From NCBI GenBank assembly GCA_050273025.1, contig CP158635.1, forward strand, positions 3,782,001 through 3,846,000: a DNA stretch of 64,000 nt. The letters run 5' to 3'. Within the stretch, counting starts at the first letter, position 1. The number at the start of each line of letters is the position of its first letter. The notes under the pieces were generated by a model. That model was not told the DNA's origin. It made no database searches and worked only from the letters and a program-made list of their open reading frames with translations. This stretch comes from Cenococcum geophilum (Eukaryota). Below, in pieces: positions 14,501 to 29,800 of this stretch. A program made the translations under genes and the position numbers.

Positions 14501-17500
14501 AAGGTAGGGCGCCTAGTAGAAGACTTATACCTACCACCCCTATAAAGAGCAGGGGAATTATAGGCCACTAATAATAATAATAAGAAGGTAAAGATCCTTA
14601 TAGAAAGGTTCTTCCCTTAACTAGCTCTAGCAGACCTTAGCGATATTATAGGTAAAACACTAGTGACTCGCCTAAGGGTTAACAGCGATATAATAATAAA
14701 GGAAATAGCCAGAACTATTAGCCGCCTTTTAAATAATATAGTACTAGGACTAGATGGGATTTTAAATAAGGCCTTAAAAACCTATAGACTACTTATAGTA
14801 CCCTAGCTTATAGATATAGCTAGGGCATACTTTACTATAGGCTACTACCCGCAACTTGGAAGAGCTATAATAACTATTACGGCACTGGCAGAACCTGGCA
14901 GAACTTGGTAAAACTTGGTAGAACTTCATAGTCACGTGACTAGAAGACCGTATAAAAAGAACCCTACTTCGACTAGCGCTGCTCTTCTTCTCCTTTCCTT
15001 TCTCTAGCTTTAGATCCTCGTTTATAGACTACTAATCGTACAGGCTTACGCGCCCCTCTTGCTGTACTTGTGCCTTAATTAACTAAGTCACTAACATTAT
15101 CTAAAGCTTAACTACCCTTTCTTCCTAAGAAGGAACTTAAATATATCTACGGACTATAAACTAGAATAGAATACAGAATTAAACCCAAAGAATATTACCA
15201 GAACTAGAAGAATAGAAAAGAATAATAAGACCTATAGAATACGCATAGACCAGAACCCCTGTAGAATCCTACTAAAGGTTACCTTAATAACTATACCACG
15301 ATGCTAAGAAATATAGCAGCCGGTAAAGCAGCCGTAGGACCCTTAAATACCTCCGACGGTGAAATAGCAACTAACTCAAACTCCTAAGTAGAGCTTACAG
15401 CAGCCAATGCCGAAATTAAACAACTTTAAGAGCTACTTAAAGCTAGAGAACCCCCTACGCCTAGCAAGGAATTATCAGACACCTAAAGACTTGCTATGGT
15501 CCTTAAGGCTCTAGCCTAACGTATAGTATTAGCATTATTGCGGTCCGTAAAGGTTGCGGACCCCCCGTTGCTTATAGACGGAATTAACCCTATATTTAAT
15601 AATTGGAAGCTTTAATTGCAGAATAAGCTTAAAGTTAATGCGGACCACTTCCCTACTACTTGGGCTAAAATGGCCTACGTCTTTAGCTATACTGGTAGGG
15701 ACGTACAGACGTACCTACGTCCGTGGTACGTATAGGACTTGGTAGAGCCCTTCCTCTCTAAAGAAGAGATGATTGTCTACCTGTCTTCTATTTATAAGGA
15801 CCCCTTTAAAGTATAGAACGCCTAACTTAATTATAAAAGCCTAAATATAAAAACGACAGAGACTTTCTTGGCCTTTTAGACCCGCTTTCTGCACCTAGCC
15901 GGCTAGGCTTGAATTCCCTAGGAAGATTTAATGCTAGACCTATTTAATAAGCTTACCCTAGACCTACAGCGAGCCGTACTGCCAGTTTTTACTACTGTAT
16001 AGACGCTAAAGGAACTTATGGACTAGTGCTTGGCTATTAACCAAGGCCTCCGCCGAATTAAGGTATGCGCTAAACGGTATAAAGCTAGAAACCCTTTAAA
16101 TTAGACCACAAGCAATATAAGAACGGCCTATAATGCTCTGGCACGATTAGCAACCCCCATAGTACCACCCGTATAGCCCACCGCTAATTTAGTAGCTAGC
16201 CGTACGGCTAGCCCTGCTATGGGTCCGGCGAATGCTTGGCCTATGTATAGCAACCCCTGTATATAGGCCCTTAGTAATTAAGGAGCTTGCTTCTTTTACG
16301 GATAGAAAGGTTACCGTGTAAAGGATTACCTAATAAACGCGAAAGCGGACGAGGTTTTATTAATCTAGGAGGATAACGCGGAGTCAGAAAAAGAGGAACC
16401 CTAGAGGAAGACTCCTCTCTAGGGTTAAAAGGGATCGACATATTAGATGTTAATCTGGGTTGGCTAGTTAGTAGAAGAAGCTGCACTATCCCTTATACTT
16501 TATTCCGCAATAGATACTAAGTTTTAACCTCTGCTTTAGCTAACTCTGGAGTAAATGCCTTCGCCTTAATAGATACCTAGTGTGCTGTAAAGCTAGCTAA
16601 CTTTCTAAATATATCTATTAAAGAACTGCCTAAACTAATTCCTATCCGTGGGTATAATGGGCGGATAGGACCACCTATTACAACTATCTTACGGATTTAC
16701 CTCCGTGTTGACGGATAAAGGTAGTATAACGCCCCCTTCCTTATTACGGACCTAGGTAGCTATAATATAATCTTAGGGCGAAAATAGCTAGCCTATTTAG
16801 GCTTACAGCTTAATATACGGAGTAGACGGCTTACCTAGCCTAAAACCCTACCCCTAACCCCTTCCTTTATAAAAGAAATTAGCATTATAATAGAAAACCT
16901 TATATAGCCCTAGATTAATACTATTTACTAGGCCGATGCTATACGTAGGGACTAGGCCTTTAAGAAAGATATATAGCTTAATTCGCAACGGATCCGTATA
17001 CTACGTTACCCCTAAACTACCTATATTACGCCACCCGCATTAAAAACCTAGGAAGTTAGTAGTAACCTAAAAAAGCCCCCTATAAAGAGCTTAGGCCCTA
17101 TATAGCTATAAAGAACAGTAAGGGATGTTAGATGTTACACTAAACTAATAGATTGGAGGGATAACCTATGGAAGATAGAATAGGAGCTAAGAAAGATTAT
17201 AAACCCTAAACCATAAAATACGGTCTAGAAAACAGCTGTAAGGAAACTAGTAGACCTCCCACTAGTTAATATCTACTATATTAGTGCCGTAGGATTCTAC
17301 CGGAACTTGGTTTAGCCTAATACTATTACCTTTATAACAAGCTTATACGAAATTAATTAAATAATTAAGGAAAAGGGAAATAAGCTTAGTGGATAAGAAA
17401 GCGAGCTTACGGATAAGGAACTAGTAAAACAAAAGCTACCCTATTAACACTAGAAATTTAAGGACGTATTCTCTAAAGTAGCGTCTAATATACTTCTACC

Positions 17501-20500
17501 TTACTAACTATATAACTACAAGATTGAGATTAAGCAGGGCAAAGAAAATACCCTTAGCTTTAGCCCCCTTTACAAGCAGTCCATTACCGAATTATAGGCC
17601 ATAAAGTAGTATTTTATCAATAACCTAAATAAGGGCTTTATTAAGCCTAGCCAAGCCCCTTTTGCCTTGCCTATTCTCTTTATTAAAAAGCCAAATAGAG
17701 GACTCTACTTCTATATTAACTACCATAAGCTAAATAATATAACCCCAAGGATCGCTATCCGCTACCCCTACTTAATAAAACTCTAGCCCGAATAAGTAGA
17801 GCTAAGGTCTTTATAAAGCTTAATATCCACTAGGCCTTCTACTAAATTAGAATAAACCCCAGGTCTAAAGATCTTACTATATTTCGGACCCGTTACGGAA
17901 CGTATAAATATAAAGTACTCCCTTTTAGACTAACTAACGGACTAGCTACGTACTAGCGGTATATAAATAATATACTCTTTAACTACCTTAACGATTTCTA
18001 TATAGCCTATTTAGATAATATTATAATCTACTCTAAGAATAAGCTAGAACACGAGGAGCATATCTATAAAGTCCTATAACGGCTCTATAAGGCTAGCCTC
18101 TAGGTTAACATTAAGAAGTTAGAGTTTAGTGTTAAGCGTATAAAGTACCTAGGTTTTATTATTAGTACGGACGGAATTAAAACCAACTTAAAGAAAACGG
18201 CCGCAATTAACTAGTAGACACCCCTACGGACTATAAAGGGGGTACAATCCTTTTTAGGGTTTTGTAACTTCTACCGACGCTTTATTAAAAACTATAGTAG
18301 GATCGCCCGGCCTCTTAACCGTCTTACTAGAAAAGACTAGCCCTTCTACTTTAACGCTATATATAGGCAGGCCTTTAATAAGCTTAAGAAACGGCTGGTA
18401 TCGGCTCCCTTACTTACCTATTTTAACCCGGAACGGCCCTTAATACTAAAAACTGATGCCTTAAACGGCGTAATAGCTAGTGTTTTTTCCTAGAAGCAAC
18501 TAGACGGAGAATAGCACCCTATTATATACTATTTAAAGACTATAATAGATGCTAAGCTAAATTACCATATCCATAACAAAGAAATGCTGGCTATTATCTC
18601 TAACTTTTAGCACTAGCGTATATAGCTAGAGGGGACCCCTAAGCCGATTAAGGTAGTTTTAGATTATAAGGCCTTAGAATACTTTATAATAACTAAGGCC
18701 CTTACGGCCTAATAAGCACGCTAGGCGGATACCCTATTTTAGTTTAACTTCTTAATTATATATAGACTAGGCGTTACAAACCGTGCGGACGCTCTTATAA
18801 GGCGCAAGCAAGACCTAGATAACTAGACGGCTGCGAAGATCTTACTATAGACTTAGACGCTACTATAACCAGAACACCTTAACCCCTAGATATAGGTAGA
18901 ACTAAGCACGGACTCCTTAGGCGCCGAGATATATTCTATTAACTCCTCCGAACTTGACCTTATTAATAAACTACTATAGGCTAACTAAACGACCCCCTCT
19001 CTATAGGAATACCGTGAAAAGGCAAAGAATGTTGCTAGCCTATAGTCCCTTAAAAACGGACTACTTAAGCACTAGGAATGGCTAGTAGTAGCTAAGGAAC
19101 AGAACTTACGGACCTAGCTTATTGCTGAAGCTTATACCTAGGTCTCTACGGCCCACCCTAGAAAAAATAAGACCCGTAAGATTATTGGTGACCGCTACTA
19201 CTGGCCCGGAATAATTATAGATATTAACCGTTATGTATAAAACTGCGATAGCTGCCGTAGATCTATAATTCCACGAGATAAGACCCTAGGACTATTAAAA
19301 CCTCTTCTGATACCTAACCGCCCCTAGCAGCATATCTCTATAGACTTCTATAAGCTACTAACAGACCGCAACGGATATGATATGGTTATAATTCTAGTTA
19401 ACCGCTTTGGCAAGCGCCCGTTCTTAATTCCCTATTATAAAAATATTAATGCTAAGGAGGCGGCCTGACTATATATCTACTACATCTACCGCATTTACGG
19501 ACTACTAGATACTATTATATCCGATTACGGCCCGTAATTTATATTGGCCTTCTAAAACGAGTTTACCCGGATCCTAGGTATTAGGCTAAAGCTCTCTATA
19601 GTATACTACCCCCAGATAAACGGCTAGACGGAGATTATAAATTAATATTTAGATTAGAGACTCTAGCCTTTTATTAACTACTTCTAGGATAACTGGGGCG
19701 AACTACTACCCCTAATAAACTACGCCCAGGCGACCCTACCCTATAACTCTACGGGATTTGCACCTATCTAACTAGAAATAGGGTATTTACCCTAAATAAG
19801 CTTTAACTAAGATAGACCAGAAGGACCACGGACTATACGCGAGAAACTATCTTATAAGGAAGCCCAGTAGTACGCCAAGCGCTTAGAGGAAGCCTAGACG
19901 GTAGCCTATACAAATCTAGAAAAGGCCTAAAAATTAATAAAACAGCAGGTAAATAAGTATAGGCGCGAACCCGACTTTACTATAGGCGATATGGTCTAGG
20001 TTATAATAAAGAACTAGAAGACGGAACGGCCTAGCCATAAGCTAGACTATTAGATGGCGGGACCGTATAAGGTCCTTAAGAAGATAGGTAACTTGTACAA
20101 AGTAAAGCTCCCGAATTTAATTAAGGTTTACCCCGTTTTCTCGCCGGATAAGCTATGGAAAGCTATAAACGACCTATTACCTAGACAAAAGAACGAACCT
20201 CCCCTACTAATTTAAGTCAATGGCGACAACGAATGGGAAATTAAAGAAGTACTAGCCTATAAACTAGTAAGGAAAACGCTAAAGTACCGCGTTAGTTGGA
20301 AAGGCTATAACCTAGATCCTACCTAGTACCCTATATAGAACTTTATTGGCAGTCCCTATAAGCTTTAAGAATTCTATAACCGCTACCCTAATGAATTAGG
20401 ACCCCTAAAGTACCTAGATAAGTGGATGGAGTGCTAGTATAGCGAAGACGATAAGCTACCAGAAGAATATAAAGATAAGAACGCCCTATAAGCATAATAT

Positions 20501-22955
20501 GGACTATAAAGCCTGAGGGCAGGCTTTTGCGGAGGGGGGGGTAATGTTACGGCACTGGCAGAACCTGGCAGAACTTGGCAGAACTTAGTAGAACTTCGCG
20601 GTCACGTGACTAAAAGACCGCATAAAAAGAACCCTACTTTGACTAGCGCTGCTCTTCTTCTCCTTTCCTTTCTCTAGCTTTAGATCCTCGTTTATAGACT
20701 ACCAATCGTACAGGCTTGCGCGCCCCTCTTGCTGTGCTCGTGCCTCGATTGACTAAGTCGCTAACAATAACGGTTATTCTATGGAAAGAAGGTAAAGTAG
20801 ATTGCTTAATCCTAGGAAGCTACCGCCCTATTACCTTAGAAAACACCCTTAGCAAGATCTTAGAAAAGGTAATAGCGGACCATATAGTAGACACAGCTAA
20901 GGAATACGACCTACTACTATAAAGCTAAATAGGGGTAAGAAAGAACCGCTTAACACTATTAGCACTTACGCTACTCGCTACCACTATTAAATCCGCATGG
21001 GCGATGTGAAGGGACTTTATAGTATTAATGCTTAGCCTAGATATTAGCGGCGCCTATAATAACGTACCCCACGAGCATCTCCTATATATCCTTAGGGTAA
21101 AAGGCTTCCTAGAATAGATTATATAATTTATTTAAGGGTTTATAGGTTAGAAAGAAATATTACTAGTCTTTAGCGGATACTAGAGCCCCCCTATTATAGT
21201 TACAACAGGAATACTATAAGGATTACCCCTCTCGCCTATACTCTTCCTTTTCTTTATAAGCAACCTACTTAACTCCTTTAAGGAAGGGGTAACCTAGGGG
21301 ATAGGCTTTATTAATGACACAAACCTAATTATATACGGGCCAACAGCTATAGAAAATTGCAGAATACTAAAGAAAGCTTATAATACCTATATAGAATAGG
21401 CAAGACGATATAAAGTCCAATTCTTACTAGAGAAATACTAGCTAATCCACTTTATAAGAAAACGTAACTAATCTGTAGATCTTTAGCATATAATTTATAT
21501 CTAAGGCTTTAGGGGTTAACTAGTTTAGGGTTTAAGGGTATTAGAAGTATAGGTAGATAGTAAGCTCTGGTGGAGCGCATATACGGCGCAAGTAGCCTAT
21601 AAGGGCTAAGTATAGTATATCATATTATCTAGGATCGTTAATTCTATATAGGGTCTATACTTTTAGAGGTTACGCCTACTATATATAGCAGTTGTCCGGC
21701 TAACCATAACGTATAGGTCTAGTATTTAGGCCATTAGAGAATCTAAGAAAGGCCCCCCTAAATCACTCCTTAAACCACTCTAAAAGGTCTAAATAGCCTA
21801 CCTTTAGAGTATAATAGGCGGATATAAGCGAACGGCTATAGCACTGCTTAAAAAGGAAGCCAATATTCCCCCCCTATAACTATATATTAAAGCCGCTGTA
21901 ATATAAAGGGCGTAAAATAAATACAACTCTAATATTATAAAGTATATTAAGACACGCCTAAATAAACTATAAAGGGACCCTAGGGCGCCCTATAGGAGAA
22001 TAAACTAATAACCCTAAAGTAGGGAAGATATATTAAAGAAACAGGTGAAGAAAGCAGAAGAAGAATAGTGCTGCTTTAGGGCCCAGGCCTATATAGAGGA
22101 GGAAGGGAGACGTGTAAGAGGCCAGTAAAGATAATAGCAAGAGAGAGAAAGGAGTAAAAGTAGAGCATAAAAGAATGCTAGGAAACTATCTACCGTAATA
22201 TAATACTGGCTAAACCAATACTAAAGAGGTGTATGGGAGTTAAAGGTATAGAGGCTAACTAAGGCAAGAGGAACCTAAGCCGTAGTATAGTTAACGCTAT
22301 AGGGGGTAAACACTTTAGGGCTCTAAGAAGGCCTAACAAAGGCAGAAAATATAATGGTAACACTCTTAAGAACAGGAATAATAGGACTAAAAGACTAGCT
22401 CTACTAGGTAGGTGTCCTAGTAGGTAGCCTAAGATATAAATATAGCTGGCTAAGACAGACACTAAAATATATAATACTGTTATGCCCCTTACGCACCAAC
22501 TAAGAAGTAATGCTCTTAGTAGCTGGCATAGAGAATTATAATATACTGCTCTTAATATAAAAAGGCCTTAAGGCAGTTACTTAGTGGCTTATTAGCTAAA
22601 ATATACTAAACCAGTTTTAGGTTATAAAGGAAATAGTAATAGAGGGCGGGGGGGCGAGTAATAGGCGCCCCCTAATAACTCTACAGTGGTAGAGTAAAGT
22701 TTACGATACTAGCGCGTCCGTAGGCTTGTTACGGCAGCAGTGGTTCCTAAAGAGGTTAAAAAGTAAGGTAGTAGAGCACTATAGGTGACTTGTAGGCGCC
22801 TCGTAGGCGCCTTATAGGCGAGTCCTAAAAGGCGGGGAGATAGATTACAGGGTTTTCTTAAATAGAGTTTTCTCCCCATATATATATAAGGAGTAGTCCG
22901 CGTGGGCCTAATAGGGATCTAAATCGGACGTTAAGTAATGAATAATAATAATAAT
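11548..22955 (+). mobile_element. Tad1-like LINE, copy A (5'-truncated, RIP-degraded), split by Gypsy G5
   Basis: Colinear with copy B (53772-59269). ORF1 with CCHC knuckle relics (~12600-12760), endonuclease LLGDINLYH (~13743-13770), RT GFINDTN (~21304-21324), 3' end TAGTCCGCGTGGGCCTAATAGGG...(AAT)n. Confidence 0.9.
14875..20766 (+). mobile_element. Full-length RIP-degraded Ty3/Gypsy chromovirus (G5), LTRs 14875-15096 and 20545-20766, TSD ATAAC
   Basis: Two 222-bp direct repeats (TGTTACGG...CTAACA). ATAAC at 14870-14874 and 20767-20771. Polypurine tract before the 3' LTR. Protease ALANSG (~16532), RT AYLDNIIIYS (~18005), integrase, chromodomain EWEIKEVL...YRVSWKGY (~20230-20310). Confidence 0.95.
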
Positions 22956-23877
22956 TTAATTAACCTTATATAGGCTTATTATAAAGACCTTATTATCTTT
23001 CCGGTATATATTAAAGTGGAACGCTATAGCGCTAATTGCAGTAATATCTACTATAGGGGAGATACCTAATAATAAGGACGTACGCGACTTCAGGGGCTTC
23101 CTGGGTATTAGCGCCATTATTACTTCTTTTAGCTTCTATTACATCTTTTAGAGGTCGTCCCTTATATCTTATTAGTACGTTCTTTTCCATACTAGTTAAA
23201 TCTACGCAATTTAGATATTATCTACGTTACTATCTATCCCGCTTCTATATATAGAGTCTTTATTAACTATAGCGCTTTAAGAAAGTATCTTTACTAGTAT
23301 AAAAGAATTCCTTCTGGCCTTATAACAGGCATCTTCTTAGGTAAAGGCTAGGTTATAATCGGTTACATCCTATAAATAGGTAGGGTTAGCCTTTATAACT
23401 AGTATCTTACGGTTGGTTTAGATTTCCCTAATAAAGGAAGGTAATTTTGGTCTATCCTCTAGCTAGATAAACTATCTTTACCGTATATTTAACTAAATAT
23501 TAAAGTAAAACATCTATTTTCGGCTAAGGATTATATTATAGGAACTTAGGTTTAGAATATAAAAGGGAATACTATATTAGCGTTATCTATTAAGGGAGAT
23601 ATATAACTTTAGAACGTAGGTAACCGGCTTACTGGCTTAACTATTATAGCCTTTTACTTAAACAGGCTTCTCTAGTTAGGTAGCTTTTATATTTAGAAAC
23701 TTAGCAACGTTAATTATATAGGCAGTATTTATAAAGGTAAAGCTATTTGCTCTAGTGTCAATAAGGGTAGTTAAGTTAACTCTATATCTATTTTAAGATA
23801 CTATATATAGAACTATAAAGTATTTTCTACCTATTAACTAACTTAGATTAATCTCTTTAAGATTAATAGGATACCCT

Positions 23878-26800
23878 TATTACGGCACTAGCAGAACTAA
23901 CAGAACTTCGCACTAGTAAGTTGCCACAGATTGCCATATATTGCGATCACGTGACGTAAAGATCTTATAAAACACCCAATGGCGCTACTCTTCTTCTCCT
24001 TTCCTTTCCCTAGCTTTAGATTCTCGTTTATAGACAATTTAATCGTATAGGCTTGCGCGACCCTTTTGCCGTACTTATATCTCGATTAACTAAGTCGCTA
24101 ATATTATCTAAAGCTCACTCTACTCTTTCTTCCTAAGAAGGAACTTAAATATATTTACTAGAACACAGAATAGGACCTTAAGGACATTACTAGGACCATA
24201 AGGACAGGACCTAAAAGAAAAGAATAGAACCCTAAGGAAAGGACCTATAAGATACGCATAGACTAGAACCCCTAAAGAAATTACCTAGAATTACCTAATA
24301 CCCCTACTACTATGCCACGAACCATAGTAGTAGGTAAAGTAGCTGTAGGACCCTTAAATACTTTAGATAAAGAAATAATTAACGTTTCAACCCCCTAGGC
24401 GGAGCTTGCGGCTGCTAATACCGAAATTAAATAACTGCGAGAGCTGCTTAAAGCTAGAGATACCCCTATATTAAATAATAAGTCATTATTAGATAACTAA
24501 AGACTTGCTATAGTCCTTTAGGCCCTATCCTAGCGTCTTAGTAGATCTACTAAGACTTATATAGTACTAAGGCGGTTAGCAAAGGTTGCGGATCCCCTAC
24601 TATTTATATATAGAACTAACCCTATATTTAATAATTAAAAGCTTTAATTATAGGATAAGCTTAAAGTTAATATAAACTACTTCCCTAACGCCTAAGCCAA
24701 AATGGCTTATGTTTTTAGCTGTACTAGCGGAGACGCCTAGACGTATTTACGCCTATAATATACTAAAGACTTAGTAGACCCCTTTATTTCTAAAGAAGAA
24801 ATAATTAAATACTTATCTTCTATTTATAAAGACCCTTTTAAAGTATAAAACGCCTGCCTTAGCTATAAAAGCCTAAATATAAAAATAACGGAGACCTTTT
24901 TAGCCTTTTAAACCCGCTTTCTATACCTAGCTAGATAGGCCTAGATCCCCTAGGAAAACCTACTACTAGACCTCTTTAATAAGCTTACCCTAGACCTATA
25001 GCGGGCCGTATTGCTAGCTTATACTACGGTATAGACGTTAAAGGAACTTATAGACTATTGCCTAGCTATTAACTAAGGCCTTTATTAAATTAAGGCACGC
25101 GCTAACTAGCTAAAAACTAGAAACCTTATAAACTAGGCCGTAAGTACTACGAGTATAGCCCGTAGTGCCCTAGCACAATTAGCAACTCCTATAGTTAACC
25201 CAGTAGCTAGCCGCGCAGCTACCCCTACTATGGGCCTAGTATACACCCGGCCTATATATAGCGACCCCTATATATAGGCCCTTAGCGATTAAGGAGCTTA
25301 CTTCTTATACGGTTAAATAGGCTACCCTATAAGAAACTACCTAATAAAGGTAAAGATAAATAAGGTCCTATTAATTTAGAAGGATAATACGGAGCCGGAA
25401 AAAGAGGAACCTTAAAGGAAGACTCCTTTCTAGGGTTAAAAGGGATTAATATATTATATATTAATCTAGGTTAGCTAGTTAGTAGAAGAAGCTGCACTAT
25501 CCCTTATACTTTATTTTGTAATAGATATTAAGTTTTAACCTCTGCTTTAGCTGACTTAGGAGTAAATACCTTTACCTTAATTAATATAAAGTGCGCTATA
25601 AAACTAGCTGACTTTTTAAATATACCCCTTAAAAAACTACCTAAACTAGTCCCTATTCGCGGTTATAACGGATAAATAGGATTACCTATTATAACTATCT
25701 TGCGGATTTACCTCCGCGTTAATAAATAAAGGTAGTATAATATCCCCTTCCTTATTACGGACCTTAGAAGCTATAATATAATCTTAGGGAGAAAATAGCT
25801 AGCCTATTTAGGCTTATAGCTTAATATACAGAATAGGCAGCTTATCTAGCCTAAAACTATACCCCTAACGCCTTCCTTTATAAAAGAGATTAGTATTATA
25901 ATAGAAAACCTTATACAGCTATAGATAAACACTATTTACTAGGCCGATGCAACGTGTAGGGACTAGGCTTTTAAGAAGGATATATAGCTTAATCTATAAC
26001 GGATCTATATACTACGCCGCCCCTAGACTACCTATATTATACTACCCGCACTAAAGACTTAGGAAGTTAGTAGTAGCTTAGCTAAGTCCCTAATAGAGAA
26101 CTTAGGCCCTACGCAGCTATAAAGAAAGGCTAGGGATATTAGATAATATACCAAATTAATAGACTAGAAGGATAACTTACGGAAAATAGAATATAAGCTA
26201 AGGAAGATTATAAACCCTATACCGCAAAATACGGCCTAATAAATATCCGTAAAGAAACCTATAGACCTCCCACTAGTTAATATCTGCTGTATTAGCGCTA
26301 TAGGATTCTACTAAAACCTAGTTTAGCCTAATACCGTTGCCTTTATAACTAGCTTATATAAAATTAATTAAATAATTAAAGAGAAAGAAGCCTTAGCCTA
26401 AGAAAAAGGTAAGCTTATAGATAAGGAGCTAGTAGAATAGAAACTGCCCTATTAATACTAGAAATTTAAAGATACCTTCTCTAAAGCAGCGTTTAATATA
26501 CTCCCGCCTTACCGACCGTACAACTATAAGATTAAAATTAAGCCGGATAAGGTGGTTACCCTTAACTATAGCCCCCTCCGATAGTAATTTACTGCCGAAT
26601 TATAGGCTATAAAGTAGTATTTTATCGATAACCTAGATAAGGGCTTTATTAAGCCTAGTTAAGCCCCTTTTAACTTACCTATTCTCTTTACTAAAAAGCT
26701 AAATAGAGGACTTTGTTTCTATATTAACTACCATAAGCTTAATAATTTAACCCTTAAAGACCGCTACCCACTGCCTTTACTTAATAAGACTTTGGCCCGA

Positions 26801-29800
26801 ATAAGTAGAGCTAAGATCTTTACGAAGCTTAATATCCGCTAGGCCTCTTACTAGATTAAAATAAACCCTAAATTAAAAAACTTTACTATATTTCGGACTC
26901 GTTACAGAACATATAAATATAAAGTACTACCTTTTAGACTAACTAACGGACTAGCTATATACTAATAATACATAAATAACGTACTATTTAACTACCTTAA
27001 TAACTTCTATACAGTATACCTAGATAATATTATAATCTACTCTAAAAATAAACTAGAATATAAAGAGTATATCTATAAAGTCCTATAACGGCTTTAGGAA
27101 GCTAGCCTCTAAGCCGATATTAAGAAGTTAGAATTTAGTATTAAGCGTATAAAATACTTAGGGTTTATTATTAGTATAAACAGGATTAAGGCAGACCTAA
27201 AAAAGATAGCTATAATTAACTAATAGGTACCCCTAAGGATTATAAAGGGGGTATAGTTATTCTTAGGGTTCTATAACTTCTACTAATGCTTTATTAAAAA
27301 CTATAGCAGGATTACCTAGCTACTAAGCCTACTTACCCATAAAGACCGGCCCTTTTACTTTAATACCGTATATAGGTAGGCCTTTAACGAGCTTAAGAAA
27401 CGACTGGTCTCTACTCCTTTACTCGCCTACTTTAACCTAGAACGGCCCTTAATACTAGAAACCAATGCCTTAGATAGTGTTATAGCTAGCGTTTACTCCT
27501 AAAAGCAGACAAACGGAGAATAGTACCCTATTACTTACTATTTAAAGACTATAGTAGATGCTGAGCTAAACTACCCGATTCACGATAAAGAAATACTGGC
27601 TATTATCTCTAGCTTTTAGCACTGGTGAGCCTAACTAGAAGGCACCCCCAAGTCTATCTAGGTAGTTTCCGATTATAAGGCCTTAGAATATTTTATAATA
27701 ATAAAGGCCCTTATAGCCTAATAGGCGCGCTAGGCGGATACCCTATCTTAGTTTAACTTCCTAATTATATATAGGCTAGGCGCTACTAACCGTGCAGACG
27801 CTTTTATAAGGCGTAAATAGGATATAAATAACCAGATAGCCGTAAAGATCTTATTATAGACCTAAGCGCTACTATAATTAGAGCACCTTAACTCCTAGAT
27901 ATAGGCAGAACTAAATACAGACTCTTTAGATGCCGAGATATGCCCTATTAACTCTATAGAACTGGACCTTATTAATAAACTACTATAGGTAAACCGTACG
28001 GCCCCTTCTCTATAGGAGTACTGTAAAAAGGTAAAGAACGTTTCTAGCCTATAGTCCCTTAAAAGTGGACTACTTAAGCACCGTAAATGGCTAGTGGTAG
28101 TAGAGGAACAGAACTTACGGACTTAGCTTATTACCGAAGTATATACCTAGGTCTCTACGGCCCACCCTAGAAAAAATAAGACCCGTAGAATTATTAGTGA
28201 CCGCTACTACTGGCCTAGAATAATTATAGATATTAACCGCTATATACAGAACTGCAATAACTGCTATAGGTCCACAATTCTATAAAATAAAACCCTAGGA
28301 CTATTAAAATCCCTCCTAATACCTAACCGCCCCTAGTAATATATCTTTATAGACTTTTATAAGCTACCTCTAGACCGTAACGGATATAATATAGTTATAA
28401 TCCTAGTTAACCGCTTTAGCAAGCGCCCGTTCTTAATCCCCTGTTATAAAAATATTAATACTAAAGAGCAGCCTAACTATATATCTACTATATCTACTAA
28501 ATTTACGGACTATTAAATACTATTATATCCAACCGCGGGCCGTAGTTTATATTAGCTTTTTAGAATAAGTTTACCCAGATCTTAGGTATTAAGCTAAAGC
28601 TTTCTACGGTATATTACCCCTAGATAGATAGTTAAACGGAGATTATAAATTAATACTTAGACTAGAGACTCTGGCCTTTTATTAACTACTTTTAGGATAA
28701 CTGGGCTAAACTATTGCCCTTAATAGACTACGCCTAAGTAACCCTACCCCACAACTCTACCGGATTTGCCCCTATTTAACTAGAAATAGGTTACCTACTC
28801 TATATAAGCTTTAACTGGGAAAGACTAAAAGGGCCCTAAACTGTACGCGAAAAACTATCTTATAAGGAAGCCTAGTAGTACGCTAAGCGCTTAAAAGAAG
28901 CCTAAAAGTAGCCTATATAAACCTAGAAAAGGCCTAGAAATTAATAGAATAGTAGGTAAATAAGTATAGGCGCGAGTCTAACTTTACTATAGGCGATATA
29001 GTCTAGGTTATAATAAAGAACTAAAAGATAGAACGGCCTAGCTATAAGCTAGACTATAAGATAGTAGGACCGTATAAGATTTTTAATAAAGTAGGCAACT
29101 CGTATAAGGTTAAGCTCCTAGACTTAATTAAAGTTTATCCTATTTTTTTACCAGATAAGCTACGGAAAGCTATAAATAACTTACTACCTAGATAAAAGAA
29201 TAAACCTCCCCTACTAATTTAAGTTAATGGCGATAATAAATAGGAAATTAAAGAAGTGCTGGCCTATAAACTTATAAAGGGAACGTTAAAGTATCGTGTT
29301 AGTTAGAAAGGATATAACCTAGACCCTACTTAGTACCCTATATAGAACTTTATAGGTAGTCCCTATAAGCTCTAGGAGTTCTATAGCTGTTACCCTAATA
29401 AACCTAGACTACTAAAGTACCTAGATAAGTAAATAGAAAGCTAGTATAATAAAGATAATAAGCTACTAGAAGAATATAAGGACAAAAACGCCCTAGAAAT
29501 TTCTTAGTTATATAAGGTGTTAAGATATTTAGGAACTTTAACCGGCGGTTAAAGTTATCTAATTGGTTAGATTCTCTTACTAAGACTTTAGCAACAAAGC
29601 CTGAGGGCAGGCTTTTTTGGAGGGGGGGGTAATGTTATAACACTGGCAGAACTGGCAGAACTTCGCACCGGCAAGTTGCCACAGATTGCCGCATATTGCG
29701 ATCACGTGACGCGAAGATCTTATAAAACACCGAACGGCGCTGCTCTTCTTCTCCTTTCCTTTCCCTAGCTTTAGATTCTCGTTTATAGACAATCCAATCG

